The position numbers and the translations under genes are program-made. A stretch of DNA of 64,000 nt from Isurus oxyrinchus (lineage: Eukaryota), in contig JANJGN010000041.1 of NCBI GenBank assembly GCA_026770705.1, positions 1,116,001-1,180,000 on the forward strand, read 5' to 3'. Position 1 is the first letter of the stretch, and each line of letters opens with the position of its first letter. Positions 38,001 through 50,800 of the stretch are shown here, piece after piece. Under the pieces are notes generated by a model, which was given only the letters and a program-made list of their open reading frames with translations, did not search any database and was not told the DNA's origin.

Positions 38001-40269
38001 AGACAACATTTGTCACATAATATATCAAGGAGGGCTATGAGACTTGTAGGCCACAAAGTCCCCGCTGCTTGGAGTCTTACTTAGCAAAATGTGTATTTTT
38101 TAGTTATCTTTTTTCTTGTTTTGTAGGTGAATCTTCTGAGCCCCATGTCATCACTGGACGAGAGCTTGAGGGCATCATCTGTGTCCAACCATCTTAAACC
38201 GCTGCAACAATGAATTTCACTCCTTTTTAAACACAGAAGGAATTTTTGGTGTTGTGTGGAGTGGGGGGTGGGGGTGGGGGTGGGTAGTGGGAGCGTTTTG
38301 AATCCATTAATCATTGTGCAAAGTTCAGCCTCATTCGCGACTCAGCAGATACCGATGACATCCGTTACATGTGCAAAAAGACCTGGGCAATAGCCAGACC
38401 TGTGCTGAAAAATGTCAAGTAATATTCGCCCCACACAATTTACAGCCAATAACCATCTGAACCAAAGGAATATCCAACAAAATACCCATGGCCTTTAATG
38501 GCATTACCATCCCTTCAAGCCCAATTTTCAACACCCTCAGATAGACCATTGACAAGAAACTGTGACTAGAAAGGCAGGTCAGAATCGGAGAATGCTGTGA
38601 TGAGCAACGCACACCCTGAATCTCCAAAACCTTTCCTCCATCTAATATACAGACATTAGGAGTGTGATGGGATACGCTACACTTGTGTAGATGATTTATG
38701 CTCCAATAGAATTCAAGGATATTGACTGAATCCAGGAAAAATCACATTGCTTGATTTGCAGTCAGTCTGGAAACTTAATGATTCAAGCTGTTTATCCTTA
38801 TCTGAATAATTATTCTTTCTGTTTTTAAAGTTCATAATAATCATAAGCAAACATCTGAGTGAAATAACCTTATGTAAAATTTGAATTATCTATCCAATTT
38901 CTCGGTATCACACAATTTCATTGCTGCTTTCCTAAATACCATTTTACAACACTTTCTGTGTGCACCATTTTTCATAGCCTTGAGAGCATGACATCACATA
39001 ACACATGGGCAATGAATGTCCCCTCCTGGAGATTATCTCCCGTTCCCCTCAGCAGATGAATCAATGATCATCACTGCCCGATCTTTTGCGGAGTGACAAG
39101 AAAAAAATGGACTTTATGTCGGGGCCATCGATGTCTATGGGCAAGAGAAGATCGGTAGTTCCAATAATGGCAGAGCTGGCAGAGTCATAAAGATAACTGC
39201 TAGACTGGGTGTTTGGCATGTGGGCAGGGAAACAACCAAGTGCAAAAGCCAATTTGAATTCGATCCACCAACCTACCCAACACATGTGCATCTGTCGAGT
39301 GTATGAGAGATAGGAGTGAACAGCACACGGTCCTCGTGCAGATGAATTCCGTCTTCACACTGGGGCTGCCGTCCATCATATTGTCTGAGACAACCAGTGT
39401 GCTAAATGGGGTAGGTTTCACATTGATCATGTACTCAAAAGTGGGCATTCACGAGGCAATGTGGACCATCAGCTGGAGCTGATTTGTGCACAACAATCAT
39501 TTGTATCCCCAAGCCCATTGTCTCTGAAATTTTCATTGTGAGAGTTTATTGTGATGTTTGTGGTGCCGGTCAAGCAGTCTACTTTTGCTCCTTTGGAGTA
39601 GATTTCATTAGGTGCTGTTGTAGTTCTGCGACAAGGAATGTTCAACAGATTACTTCTTGGATTACTGGTATTTAGCTGGGATTGTCTAACGTGGAGACAT
39701 TGACGAGACTCATCCTCTGCGTTTTGGAGCGTTGCTAAATGATAAGTGATCACACTGAAGCATTCACCGTTCTTAAAGGTAAAGGTGGTGTAGATCTTTT
39801 ATGCATGTTTCCCCTGGAAAGTGTGTCTAAAACCAGGAAAAGCAATATCGGAATTAGAGGTCTGCATTTAGTACTGAGAGAAGGAATAATTTCATCACTC
39901 AGGGAGGGATAAATATTCGAAATTATGTGCTGCAACATCGGCAGACGGGCAGTCATTGAAAATGTTGAATGTGCCGATGATCTGATTGCTCAATATTAAA
40001 TGCATCCAAAGAGATGAGATAGTTTATGGAATGCTGTGGAGGCATTTTTTCAGCCATGATATACTTGGGTAGTGGAGCACCCTCGTGCGGCCAGATGGTC
40101 AACTTCTACTCATATTTAATGTGAATCAGTTAGACTTGGAAGCAGGGTTTTCAAAAGCAGGAAGTGGAGGGATAAAATTTGAAATGAACAGAATAATGAG
40201 AAACAAGTAACTCCTCGCGGAGCATAGGTGTTCCGAAATCCGACTACTTATGTCTCAGTTAGCAATCTA

Positions 40270-40600
40270 CGTGCTGCGTTAGATCTTTGATAAATTACAT
40301 CTGGCATCAGTACTGGGGAAGAAAATTCTCAGCTAATTCTCCATTGCCGTAGTGAAGTTGTTCTGCATTATCGGATGTAATAACTTTCGGAACACATGTC
40401 AAATCTATTCACAGGATAAACATCAAAGAATCCATGCCACTATTTCGCCGAACAACATTGTCGCAGCCCCTTCCATCCTGACCAGTATTTAAACCCCGCT
40501 AAAGCCCACAAGAAAGATCATCTGGTCATTGTCAACTTTCTGCATGTGGAATCTTCCCGACCAAAAATTGCCTGTCACCGTTTGCGTTACTTCAGTGCGT
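40270..40600 (+). mobile_element. DeuSINE-like SINE (duplicate of 28200-28545)
   Basis: ctccattgccgtagtgaagttgttctgcattatcgga..atccatgccactatttcg..gaccagtatttaaacc..atctggtcattgtc. Confidence 0.55.
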
Positions 40601-41192
40601 ACATTTCATGTAAATTTATTAAGGTGTTCAATAAATGAGTCTGTAGAAATGCAGGTATTTCAATAGACAAGTTAGTGAGATACTGGAATATCTTCGGCAC
40701 ACAGAGTAAATTCTTTCACCCAGACTTCCAGATATCCTCTCTGTATGCTGATTTTCAATGCATCGCTGTGGTAATAAGCATGTAATTTGACAGGGATTCC
40801 ATTCCTTTAAATACTATAAAATGGATGAAAATCATTAGCAAATACTTGAAGTATTTCAACCAGAATTTTGCAAAATGCGAATTTGCCTCTGCACAGATGT
40901 ACACAGATTGTGTTTTCCAAAAGTTCAAACTGGGTTTGCACTTGATTATGGTTATTAATGCAGAGCCCACCCTGTTACATAACATGCAGTAAAGCAAGAA
41001 CAAGGTGTCAGCAGTGGATAACATGGAGTGTAAGGTAGAGCCACAGGAAGAAATCTGTTAACGTTATGGTTAAACATACATCCCTGCTTTGATGACTTTC
41101 CAACAGTAAAGAAACGATTCCATGTTATCAGAACCAGTGTTTGAGAAGAACGTCAACATCTAATTATACATGTATTGTATTTAGGCTCTTAC

Positions 41193-41262
41193 CAGGAACA
41201 CCAACAGACGCGAGAATAGGATAGTAAATGGCTTCAATCGGTACAAGTATCAGTTCTCCCAT
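41193..41262 (-). CDS. First coding exon of a GPR139-like GPCR (paralog of the 27572 exon); partner exon not seen
   Basis: MGELILVPIEAIYYPILASVGVP-G|GTAAGA; 70 nt, phase 1, intact hydrophobic TM1 start. Confidence 0.82.
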
Positions 41263-41339
41263 TCTATGGAGAGATGCCTTTCCTGCAGAGCTGGATGCAC
41301 AAGATGGAATGAATGTGTAAACTGAGACGATGAAGCACT

Positions 41340-41420
41340 CTTCTTTAAACTCATTTCAGGAATATTAGAGAAACACATTAACATCACAAGAGATTAGGTA
41401 TGAATTGCCACATTAATTAC
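41340..41420 (-). promoter_or_regulatory. Candidate promoter of the 41262 first exon
   Basis: GTAATTAATGT (41410-41420), an 11-mer identical to 15346-15356, followed by ..ttgtg..TTTAAA..gagtgctt. Confidence 0.5.
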
Positions 41421-42899
41421 TCTGGAGCACCAGGTAAAACTGGCACGACTGCATTCATAGCAGGCAATAGAGAAAGGCTGCAAACTTTGGCTAACATGAA
41501 GCCCTCTAGTTAAGTAATGAAACTCATGGCTGCTACGATCTAGAAGGACAAAGGCAAAATCAACATGGGAAAGCCACATGCTGAAAGTTCCTCTCCCAGC
41601 CATTCATCACCCTGGTTCAGAAAAGTTTCGCCGTTCCTTCACTGTTTATGTGTCAAATTAAAGGACACCCCCCTTCCCCTGCTAATAATAACGTGCATGT
41701 AACAGCACCAAAAAGACAGCAGCAGCTAACCACCCACTTCACAAGGGGAATTAGAGGTGGACAATAAATGCCTTCCTTACCAGCATTTCCCTCAACCATG
41801 AATGGAAAGACGGACAGAAATTTATATTGCTAGTCCAAGAGCATGTTAATAAACATACATCAGAAAACGACAGCTTCGAGAATGGGTTTGTAAATGGACC
41901 ATATCTGATGAAGTACGACAAAGTATATCCTTGTTATGAAGCAATAACTCCTGTTGAAACAGATACATCGAGCCTGTTGGAAAACATGAAATGTGACATT
42001 CAGAGAAACAGTTATGTAGGCAGCAGATAAATCCTCATGAGCGCTTTCATGTCCCCTAAAGAAATCAATTAGTTTCAGACATTGAACAAACAGGTTACGT
42101 CAGTCATTCTCCAATGTATGGAGAAAGCTTTTGTTTTCTCAACCGAAATATTTCCAAATAATGTGTTGAAGACAATCCGACCACATATACTCACAGTAAC
42201 GATTCACCACGCTATGCAATTCTCCTGCTCACCCACTCTCATACTCCATCCACAGTGATGGTTGACCTGAATGAAAAACCCTTTTTTGAATTAAAAAATG
42301 GGATATATAGACTACATCGCTTGGAAGGTGTTCCACTCTTAACATTTAATTCTTAACCCTCAAACGTCTTCTGCAGACAATCATTAGCAGATGGATGCAC
42401 TGATTACAATGAACCCAAATCGATGGTGCCTCCGGCTTTGGTGTGGGCTGCATTTCAAACACCCATCAAAAGCAGATTATTTAATGGCAGTAGGTCATTC
42501 GGCCCCTTGAGCATGTTCTGCAACTCGTAAAGCTCATGCTTGATCTGATTGTGACCTCAGCCCAGCTATCCTGCCTGCGCTGCACCAACTAGCGTTTTCC
42601 GGCAGCCCCTTCTGCCACTCCCCACACATCACGCACTTACATGCTCATGACCAGAGTATCCCTTATTGTTCAATAAACTTTTCAACTCAGCCATAATCAT
42701 ACGACAGCACTGAACAGATGAACAGTCTTATTCTCTCTTCTTGCAAAGTGGTTCGTCAGTGTGAATCCATTTCATGTCACTTGCGGCGGCAAATAAGGCT
42801 GTTTAATTCGCTTTAATGCGCAGCCCAGCTCTGTTTGTCATATATTTGTCGATCATTCTCCAAGCATGCGCTCAAAGAGCTTGGCACAGGATTACACAT

Positions 42900-44250
42900 T
42901 TATGTCAGGACCACAGGCAGCCTTTTCAAAGAGCCAAAATTAAATCCTGGCACAGAGGTTACTGGAAAGCTACAGAGGGAAGTCTTATTCAGGGAATGAT
43001 ACACACTCATAACTCAGGATCCAGAGACACTCAGCTGCCTCCTAAGCGCTTTGCTGCAAACTCAGAATTTTTCCGATTGACAATATATCTGAGGATAGAG
43101 ATGATGCATCAAATCGTTGCTGGTCACGTGCTCCAAGATACCACAGCCGCTTTGAACAACGCACTACTCTGTTCAATACAGAAGTTTTGCTAACTTGGCA
43201 GCATGCACCCCAAGGGCACTAACTGGATGGGCAATTTACCCACCGCTTGACAAAAACAAGATCGGCAATTGGCAGGATTCAGTCACTGACTTCTCCAAAG
43301 AAAACATGGATTTTCCCACAGATGGAAGGTCAAGGCCTGCCAGACAGTGTTTTTATCACTTCCATACCAGTGCGAGACTTGCATAACCTTTCGACCTCAT
43401 AGAAAGCTAATGAAAACTTTCCGACTTCACTGTCTGTGAACCATTTCTCACTCTACTTGGCAGGGCAAAATCGGCAAAACCGAATCTTGCAAAGTGCAGC
43501 AATCCTGACATCGAAAATATGTTAATTAGAGCCCCGGTTCCCTGGGTAGGTCATGCCGTTCATCTGGAAAATGCCTACGTATCAAAATACCACACTCAGT
43601 GAGCACGAGAAGCTCCACAACAGGATGTCTGAGATCTCAAGGCCAAACTCAGAGATTGGAAGCTGGAACTCACTACATGGGACCCTAACACTACCGTTCT
43701 AAAAGGAACATGGTGTGCCTGCACCATATAAAGCACACACCCAGCGCACTGGAATTCTGTTACTAAAATAGGCCGGCTTCTGGTGAAAAGCCATACGGAT
43801 TGGTGAGAGGGGCAAGGCTGTGTTGCCCCCCAGTCAAAATACTGCAAAAATGTGGCAGATATGTGGCACGCGTCGGGCACATTTGTCCGGAAAGGTTACC
43901 TATCCATACCTGCATCTGCCACTTAGCAATCCTCGTCGAAAGGGCGGCCAAAGAGAAAGGTGTAAGGCTGCTCTCCAGGTCTCCATAAAGCACAGAGGCC
44001 TTAATACCAGGTCACGGGAGGAGAATGCTGCCAGTCTCTCAGCCTGGCACCACGCAGTCCATCAAATCGAAAACCGTTTTCAGGCTCAGTGACTCCAAGG
44101 AGTGATGGAAAGGCCGAGGCACAGCCAGTCGATGTGAAACATCCTAGGCCTCTAATTTCCAAAATTAGTGCTAAAAACCTATCCCACGGCGGAAAATCAT
44201 GTTGGTCCAGAATTGGAATCTTCAGTCATCTGAAATCACGCTGTGCCTAA
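42900..44250 (+). mobile_element. RTE/BovB-like LINE 3' region (apparently two tandem C-terminal pieces)
   Basis: LHCL*TISHSTWQGKIGK..AKCSNPDIENMLIRA..WVGHAV; RRKGGQRERCKAALQVSIK..SAWHHAVH; GKSCWSRIGIFSHLKS. Only the last ~170 bp is kept in the left arm (25450-25620 -). Confidence 0.75.
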
Positions 44251-44861
44251 TGTACTTTATTCTAGTTACAGATGGAATGCCCCTGACGTCAGTAAGATGA
44301 AATACACAATTTCAGGAAGGTAGAACACCTCCACATATTCAAGGGCAATTTGGGTGGAGCAGTAAGTTGTGGCCGATCTAACCACAGCCCTGCCACATGA
44401 AAGGATACGTTTGAAAACATGATTGTGAAGAAAATAACAAACCTTCGGCACAACCAAATGTAGGAATCATCCAGTGATTTCAGCATTTGACGATAATAGA
44501 GTCAAGTGCAATAAGGACAAGGAAGCGCAGGCAAAGTTAATTGATTCCGCCTGAACAGACATTTTATGCCAGATTTGGCAATCGATTGTCCAGGTATAGA
44601 CCTGATCTAATCTCATACATGATATCACAGTGCCACTTTTTTTTTTGCCACGCACTCACATGTCGATGGGCTGGGAGAATTAATCATCAAGATAGTTAGA
44701 CAGACAGACTGACATACAGATAGACAGACATATAGATGCAAAGAGAGAGAGACATTCAAATGGTTAGACTGATTTGAAGAGAGAGTTGTACATGAGAGAG
44801 AGAATGAATTAGAACATGCAACAAATGGACCGAGCGAGTGAAGGAGCAAGAGGTTAAGAGA

Positions 44862-45371
44862 NNNNNNNNNNNNNNNNNNNNNNNNNNNNNNNNNNNNNNN
44901 NNNNNNNNNNNNNNNNNNNNNNNNNNNNNNNNNNNNNNNNNNNNNNNNNNNNNNNNNNNNNNNNNNNNNNNNNNNNNNNNNNNNNNNNNNNNNNNNNNNN
45001 NNNNNNNNNNNNNNNNNNNNNNNNGGATAGATAGATCGATAGGTGGATAGAAANNNNNNNNNNNNNNNNNNNNNNNNNNNNNNNNNNNNNNNNNNNNNNN
45101 NNNNNNNNNNNNNNNNNNNNNNNNNNNNNNNNNNNNNNNNNNNNNNNNNNNNNNNNNNNNNNNNNNNNNNNNNNNNNNNNNNNNNNNNNNNNNNNNNNNN
45201 NNNNNNNNNNNNNNNNNNNNNNNNNNNNNNNNNNNNNNNNNNNNNNNNNNNNNNNNNNNNNNNNNNNNNNNNNNNNNNNNNNNNNNNNNNNNNNNNNNNN
45301 NNNNNNNNNNNNNNNNNNNNNNNNNNNNNNNNNNNNNNNNNNNNNNNNNNNNNNNNNNNNNNNNNNNNNNN
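44862..45371. other. Assembly gaps within a GATA/GA-rich microsatellite
   Basis: N runs 44862-45024 and 45054-45371, flanked by gata/gaca repeats. Confidence 0.95.
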
Positions 45372-45374
45372 AGT

Positions 45375-45666
45375 TGGGAATCCAAAACATAAACAGAAAT
45401 ACCTGGAAGAATTCAGCAGGTCTGACAGTATCTTTGCAGAGAAACACAGTTAACGTTTTGAGCTCGTATGACTCTTCAAAAGAAATAAGGAAAAATACAA
45501 CAGAGGTGAAATATAAGCTGGTTTAAGGGAGGGGGTGTGGGACAGGTAGAGCTTGATAGAAGGCTAGTGATCAATGTCATATGGACTCGAAACGTTAACT
45601 GTCTTCCTCTCCAGGGATTCTCGCAGAACTGCTGAGTTTATCCAATTATTGATGTTTTTGTTTTAG
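45375..45666. mobile_element. Palindromic Penelope-derived element inserted in a GATA repeat
   Basis: aaacagaaatacctggaagaattcagcaggtctgacag..gttaacgttttgag..gactcttc and the inverted gtcatatggactcgaaacgttaac..ctgctgagtttatcc..tttttgttttag. Confidence 0.7.
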
Positions 45667-46229
45667 TTATAGAGATAGATGGATGGATAGATAGAAAGAT
45701 TTGAACATGAAGGGCTGAAATACATATACTTCTTGCAACAAATTTCCACTGTCGGATCATTGATAAAGTCCACCACGAAGCGGAAAGAGGTGATTATGAA
45801 TTAAAACGAAACATAAAAAGGCAATAAATTTACACATGCATGTATCGAACACGAATAAAACTTGGAATTTCGCCTGACCAATCACCCTTAATATCGGATC
45901 GGATATGATGTCCAGGAACCCAATCGAAGCCATTCGCTTTGAGTAGCAAATAATACAAAATGAAAGATAACACTTTCTTCGTGACAGGAACACAAGCATC
46001 GTTAAATTACCGGGAAGAGAAAAAAAACTAGGAAAAACAATCAAAACTGATTCACCAGACCTGGAGCAAAGGGGATATTTTCTCTTGACCTGGCCTATAA
46101 AACTCAGCTCTTTGCTGCATTCAATATGTGAACTCATAATCGACCTGGACAACATATTCAGTCACATACATGTGTCTAAATACCATTATCAAAAATGCTT
46201 CGGGGCGATCGCAAAAATAAAGTGAACAA

Positions 46230-47595
46230 TGTTTCCAATGAGGAAGAAAGATGGTAAGACAGGGAAAAACCATCTTTGACTAAACAAGGAAGTTAAGGTA
46301 ACACAAAGTCCAAAAGTAAGACCCAACAAATGGCAAAGGTCAGGGACAAGCAGGAAGATTTGGAACGTTTTAAAGATAAACAAAGGATTACTAAAAATCA
46401 TAAAAAGAAAAAAGGAAAATTCTGCAAAAAAGCTAGTGCAAAATGTAAAAATTGATATCAAAGGCTTATAGGAGTTTATAAAAGGAAATAGAGTAGCTAC
46501 ATTGAATGTTGGTCCCTTGGAGTGAAGGTCTGAGGTGTTAATAATGGGGAACACGGAATCAGCACCAAATATTTTGCCTCAATATCTTGCCTCAGTTTTC
46601 ATGGTGGATTAAACTAGTGTCATCCCAATCGTAACTGATAGATAAGAGGGTATAGAGAAGGATGAACTTAGAACAATTACCATAACTAGAGAAAAATTAC
46701 TAGGCAAATTATTGTGGTTAAAGAGTGACAAGTCCCCAGGGCCTGTTGACCTCCATCCCAGGGTCTTAAAGGATGTGGCAGCGGAGAAAATGGATGCATT
46801 CTTAATTATGTTCCAAAATCCCCTGAATTCCGGAAAGGTTACAGTGGATTGGAATAATACTAATATAACGACATTATTCAGAAAGGCTGGGGGAGGCAGA
46901 ATGTAAGAAACTATAGACCAGTTTAATATCTTTCATTAAGAAATTGTTGGAATCCATTAATAAGGACTTACTAAGGGGGCATTTTGAAATTCAAAATACA
47001 ATCCAGCAGAGTAAACATTTATTTATAGAGTAAATCGTGTTTGGGTAATTTGCTCGAGTTTCTTGAAGATGTGACAAACAAAGTGTATAATGGAGACGCT
47101 GTGGTTGTTGTATTTCTTGACTTCCAGAAAACGTTAGATAAGGAGCAGCACAAAAGATTAATACACAAGGTAAGATCAGACGGTTTCAGGTTAATTTATT
47201 AACTTGTATCGAGTATTGGCCTAGTAACAGAAGGCAAAAATCTTGGGAAAATTGGTCTCTTTTTGCATGCATAGCTGTAAATAATGGGTTCCCACACGTT
47301 TTGGTCCTTGTGGCCCGACTATTTACAATCTTTATTTTTGACTTGAATTCAAGGATAGAATGAAATATAGCTAAAATTGCACATGACACCAAAATATCTG
47401 GGAAAGTAAGTTGGAATGAAGATATCAGATATTTAAAATGGATATGGACAGTTTAGGTGAATGGCCAAAATTACCAGATGGTGTTTAAGAGGGATAAATG
47501 TGAGGTTATACATTGTGGTTGGAAGCATAAAAAGGTGACTTATTATTTAAATTGAGATAAACTTCAGAATGCTTCGGTGCAGAAGCATCTGGGTT
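46230..47595 (+). mobile_element. CR1 ORF2 (RT) fragment, degenerate
   Basis: LKSDKSPGPVDLHPRVLKDVA, LDFQKTLDK, KIAHDTKI, QNASVQKHLG; ends abruptly at the env-like junction. Confidence 0.9.
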
Positions 47596-48790
47596 AACTC
47601 TACTGACCCGTAAACTGTTGACCAGGATGTCCGGTCCTTGATATCCAAGCTTAAGGAAATTTTAAACAGGGTCAAGGAATTCACAACACCCAAGTTAATA
47701 CAGACCATGACATGATACAGTTATCACATAACCGAGCTGCCGTGCATTAAGGTCATGTGGGTTCTATCAATAAATTGATCAGGATATGAAAACATATTTC
47801 AGGTGAAGCAAGCAGAAATTACGTCTGCAACACCTATCGACCCTGGACACTGGAACAAGCCCGAGAGAATTTAAGACAGATTAATAAAGAAGTAGTTACT
47901 TTATCGGAAACTAATGAACATTTATTTAATTTTTCACGACATGATGATCATGACTTGACTGCTTGCCAGCTCAGAGGTTTAACACGTGTATATACAATGA
48001 ATGTTGAATGTATAGTGAATAATGATATGCTGATAGGCATTGTCTTTGTGATACCTGTTATAGCTATGTCAACACCCGGTAGAACATTTTATTGAGCAGA
48101 AAATATCGGGGTGATGCGGGGGAACTATTATATTATTCTGCATTATGCAGTAGATATAGCAGGGAATTTAGTTAGCACAACATTAGAAAGAGTGCAGTAT
48201 AGAGAGCACCACAATATTATGTGCTCATCCAATATATGAGATGGAAGAACAAAGGTGTGATTTTAAAGCAGCAGAACATTGTGCAATGGAAACTACATGG
48301 GCTGCAAAAGAACCAACCCATGTTGCATACATGGGGAATGGGAGATATTGTATCACCATCTGTCAGCAAATGACCAGTAAGGGAGCAACCGGATGTGCCC
48401 CCAACATAATCAATTGGTCTACCTAAACCTGCAGTTGGCGGCAAGGGGAGGAAAGTCACAATTCCTCGAAATATAAAATGGAGGAACGACTACTACCCAG
48501 GTAATGGAAAGCCTTAACAATAACCTGACGTGGTATTTGAATCGGTTTTCCTATGAAAACACAATAACTACCAGAGCACCTAACCACGATTCGGAGACAT
48601 GCTCAGCAGATGTGTAGAACGTGCAGTAAAATGCAGCAACCGTTTAGCGCCTCAAAAGTGGATATTGGGCAGGTAGATTGTTCCTCAAGGTAACCGTGGA
48701 ATTGGGGATCCAATGTACAAATACACCCGGATTATTTCCCATGCCCTGGTTCTGATTCCGCTGATACCAGTTATATATTCATCATAACTG
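47593..48790 (+). mobile_element. Degenerate viral class I fusion glycoprotein (env-like) fossil, possibly lokiretrovirus/SnRV-type
   Basis: Across frameshifts: VNSTDP*TVDQDVRSLISKLKEILNR (heptad-like); YVCNTYRPWTLEQARENLRQINKE; LTACQLRGL..CIVNNDMLIGIVFVIPVI..FY*AENIGVMRGN; ECSIESTTILCAHPIYEMEEQRCDF..HCAMET..HVAYMGNGRYCIT; WNWGSNVQIHP-IISHALVLIPLIPVIY (Trp-rich segment then TM). Confidence 0.65.
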
Positions 48791-50479
48791 ATTCATCGTG
48801 ACTGAGGGTCACAAAAGAGGAGCTGGGTCAGTGTACACAGATGGGGAAGACGTTTAGCAATTCCGTGGCTTCAGGTGAAGGGCCAGATAATACAGCCAAT
48901 CTGCTCACTGCCTTTGTACGTGCAAAGCTGTATAGCTGGCCAGTATCAATTGTTGGTGTTACATTAATGGACGGATAGTTCAACTGTATTTGGATAATCT
49001 GGGCTAGGCGACGATCCAAAATGGGGGATTATTAGGGGAAATGCAGCAAGAATGTATTGAAAGCGAATAAGTTACTTAAAATCTCCATGCAGCCAGTGCT
49101 ATCAAGCACATTAACAGTTACACCTACCAGATGAACCTTGCACAGCCTTAGAGCCTGCAAACAACAAAACGACCTTTGGAGCCTGATTGGAGACACAGGA
49201 TGACAACAACATCGATTAAATGCTCTTTTCAAGCAATTGGGTAAGGATTGATAGTCCCAGCCAGGATTAGGAGACTCAGGAGTGGGCGGTCTGTCTATTG
49301 TGCACACACACAGGCAGTGAGCAGCTGGATACTATCCTGGGGTGATTCATTAATTCCTGCTCCTCACACCATGTTCAGTACAATCAGACAGGATGGCAAC
49401 TGCCGAAACTGGTCAGATACTTGTTACAAGCAAATATTTAACAGATTGGCAAAGCGCTCCAAATATCCATGGTAACCAAAACTCAGCTGGTAAACATGCA
49501 AACCATTGTAGACATGGAGCATTCTGGACGCCTTCAACATTTCATGCTCTCCTGTGAAAATGATTTCACTTTAGTCTCCAGTTAATGCCCCCAATGTGCT
49601 ACATTGAAATAGGGATATTCGTAGTGTATCAGCACAACAGGCCATTTGGAACACATAGCCCATGAAACCTGAAGGCAGTATGAGATCATTTCGGTCGAGG
49701 GTTTGGAAGAGGGAATGAATAGAGGTGTGGGTTCCAAAATAAATGGGGAACAGTTTCGGAAGGACAAGAAGCACCTTGTGGGGGAGAAAACTGGGGTCTT
49801 TTGGTGCGGTTTGGTGGAGGATGGGAGTGTACACAGTGGCTAGAGGGGTGGGGGAGGCTTTATCTCTTCGTCAACTCATAAAATTGTGAATAACTCACTG
49901 GGCCTAGTTTACAGTGGAAATTACCCGATGAAGAAAACAGTTTCTGATGCTAAACACAGTGCCAGGAAATTCCTCCAAGGAAGTTTTACATGCCTTGACG
50001 ACAAATTCCTCAACAGCACTGTCGTTGTAGCTAAATAATGTCGATTCAGTGGTCACGAAGGCGGCTGACCAACAGGTTCTCAAGGATAACTAGGGATGGA
50101 CAATAAAATATAATGACCGATCGGCCTTCCCTCACGTCCCCTGAATGATAAAACGTCCATAGCCTCTATAAAATCATCACAGATTTGAGTTTGTACATTT
50201 ATCTGTGTATACTTATGCTGCTCATAGAACGACTATATGTAATCAGCACATCAAAATGATGGTACATGATAGTCAGCATCTGCAATTTGTGCTTTACACC
50301 CCCAGAGAGAGAGTGAAAAACTGCTTGAAATTGAGGTGCAGTTCATTCCCCGGACTTGCTTAATGGTACCAGGGAGGATAGCGACTTGTGACAGCACCGT
50401 TCCGTTTCAGAGGCAAATATATAACAAACAGAGAACGTGCTAAAATTTGAAATATTTACCTATCTGGACTAAGTGACAA

Positions 50480-50800
50480 TATAGGCACAGAGAGACACTG
50501 AGATACAGCGTGAATGGAAGATGTAGTATAAAATGGAACAAGAACAATAAAACAAATGGTGGAGCACGAACAGAGCGAGAAATAGGAAAAAATAATCATC
50601 GAATAAAAGAGAGCTAGAGAGTGAGTGAAGGAAGAGGGAGAGAGCGCATAGAGGGAGCTGCAGAGTGAGAGAGTGGGAGAGAGAGGAATACAGAGGAAGA
50701 GAGACAGAACTAGAAGGGGATAGAGGGACAAAAGGACAGCGACAGAGATAGAGAGACAAATAATCATAGAGCGAGAGAGAGAGAGAGAGAGAGATGATGC
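50480..50800. repeat. GA-rich low-complexity / (GA)n microsatellite
   Basis: gagagagaga runs; purine-rich + strand. Confidence 0.85.

Larger units (their letters stand above)
36560..46230 (-). repeat. Right arm of the inverted duplication
   Basis: Reverse-complement homolog of 24280-32740. Even spurious ORFs align, e.g. PKVCFIFQHYVFKCIISC (25253 +) vs PKVCYFLHNHVFKRILSC (44457 -). Confidence 0.9.
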
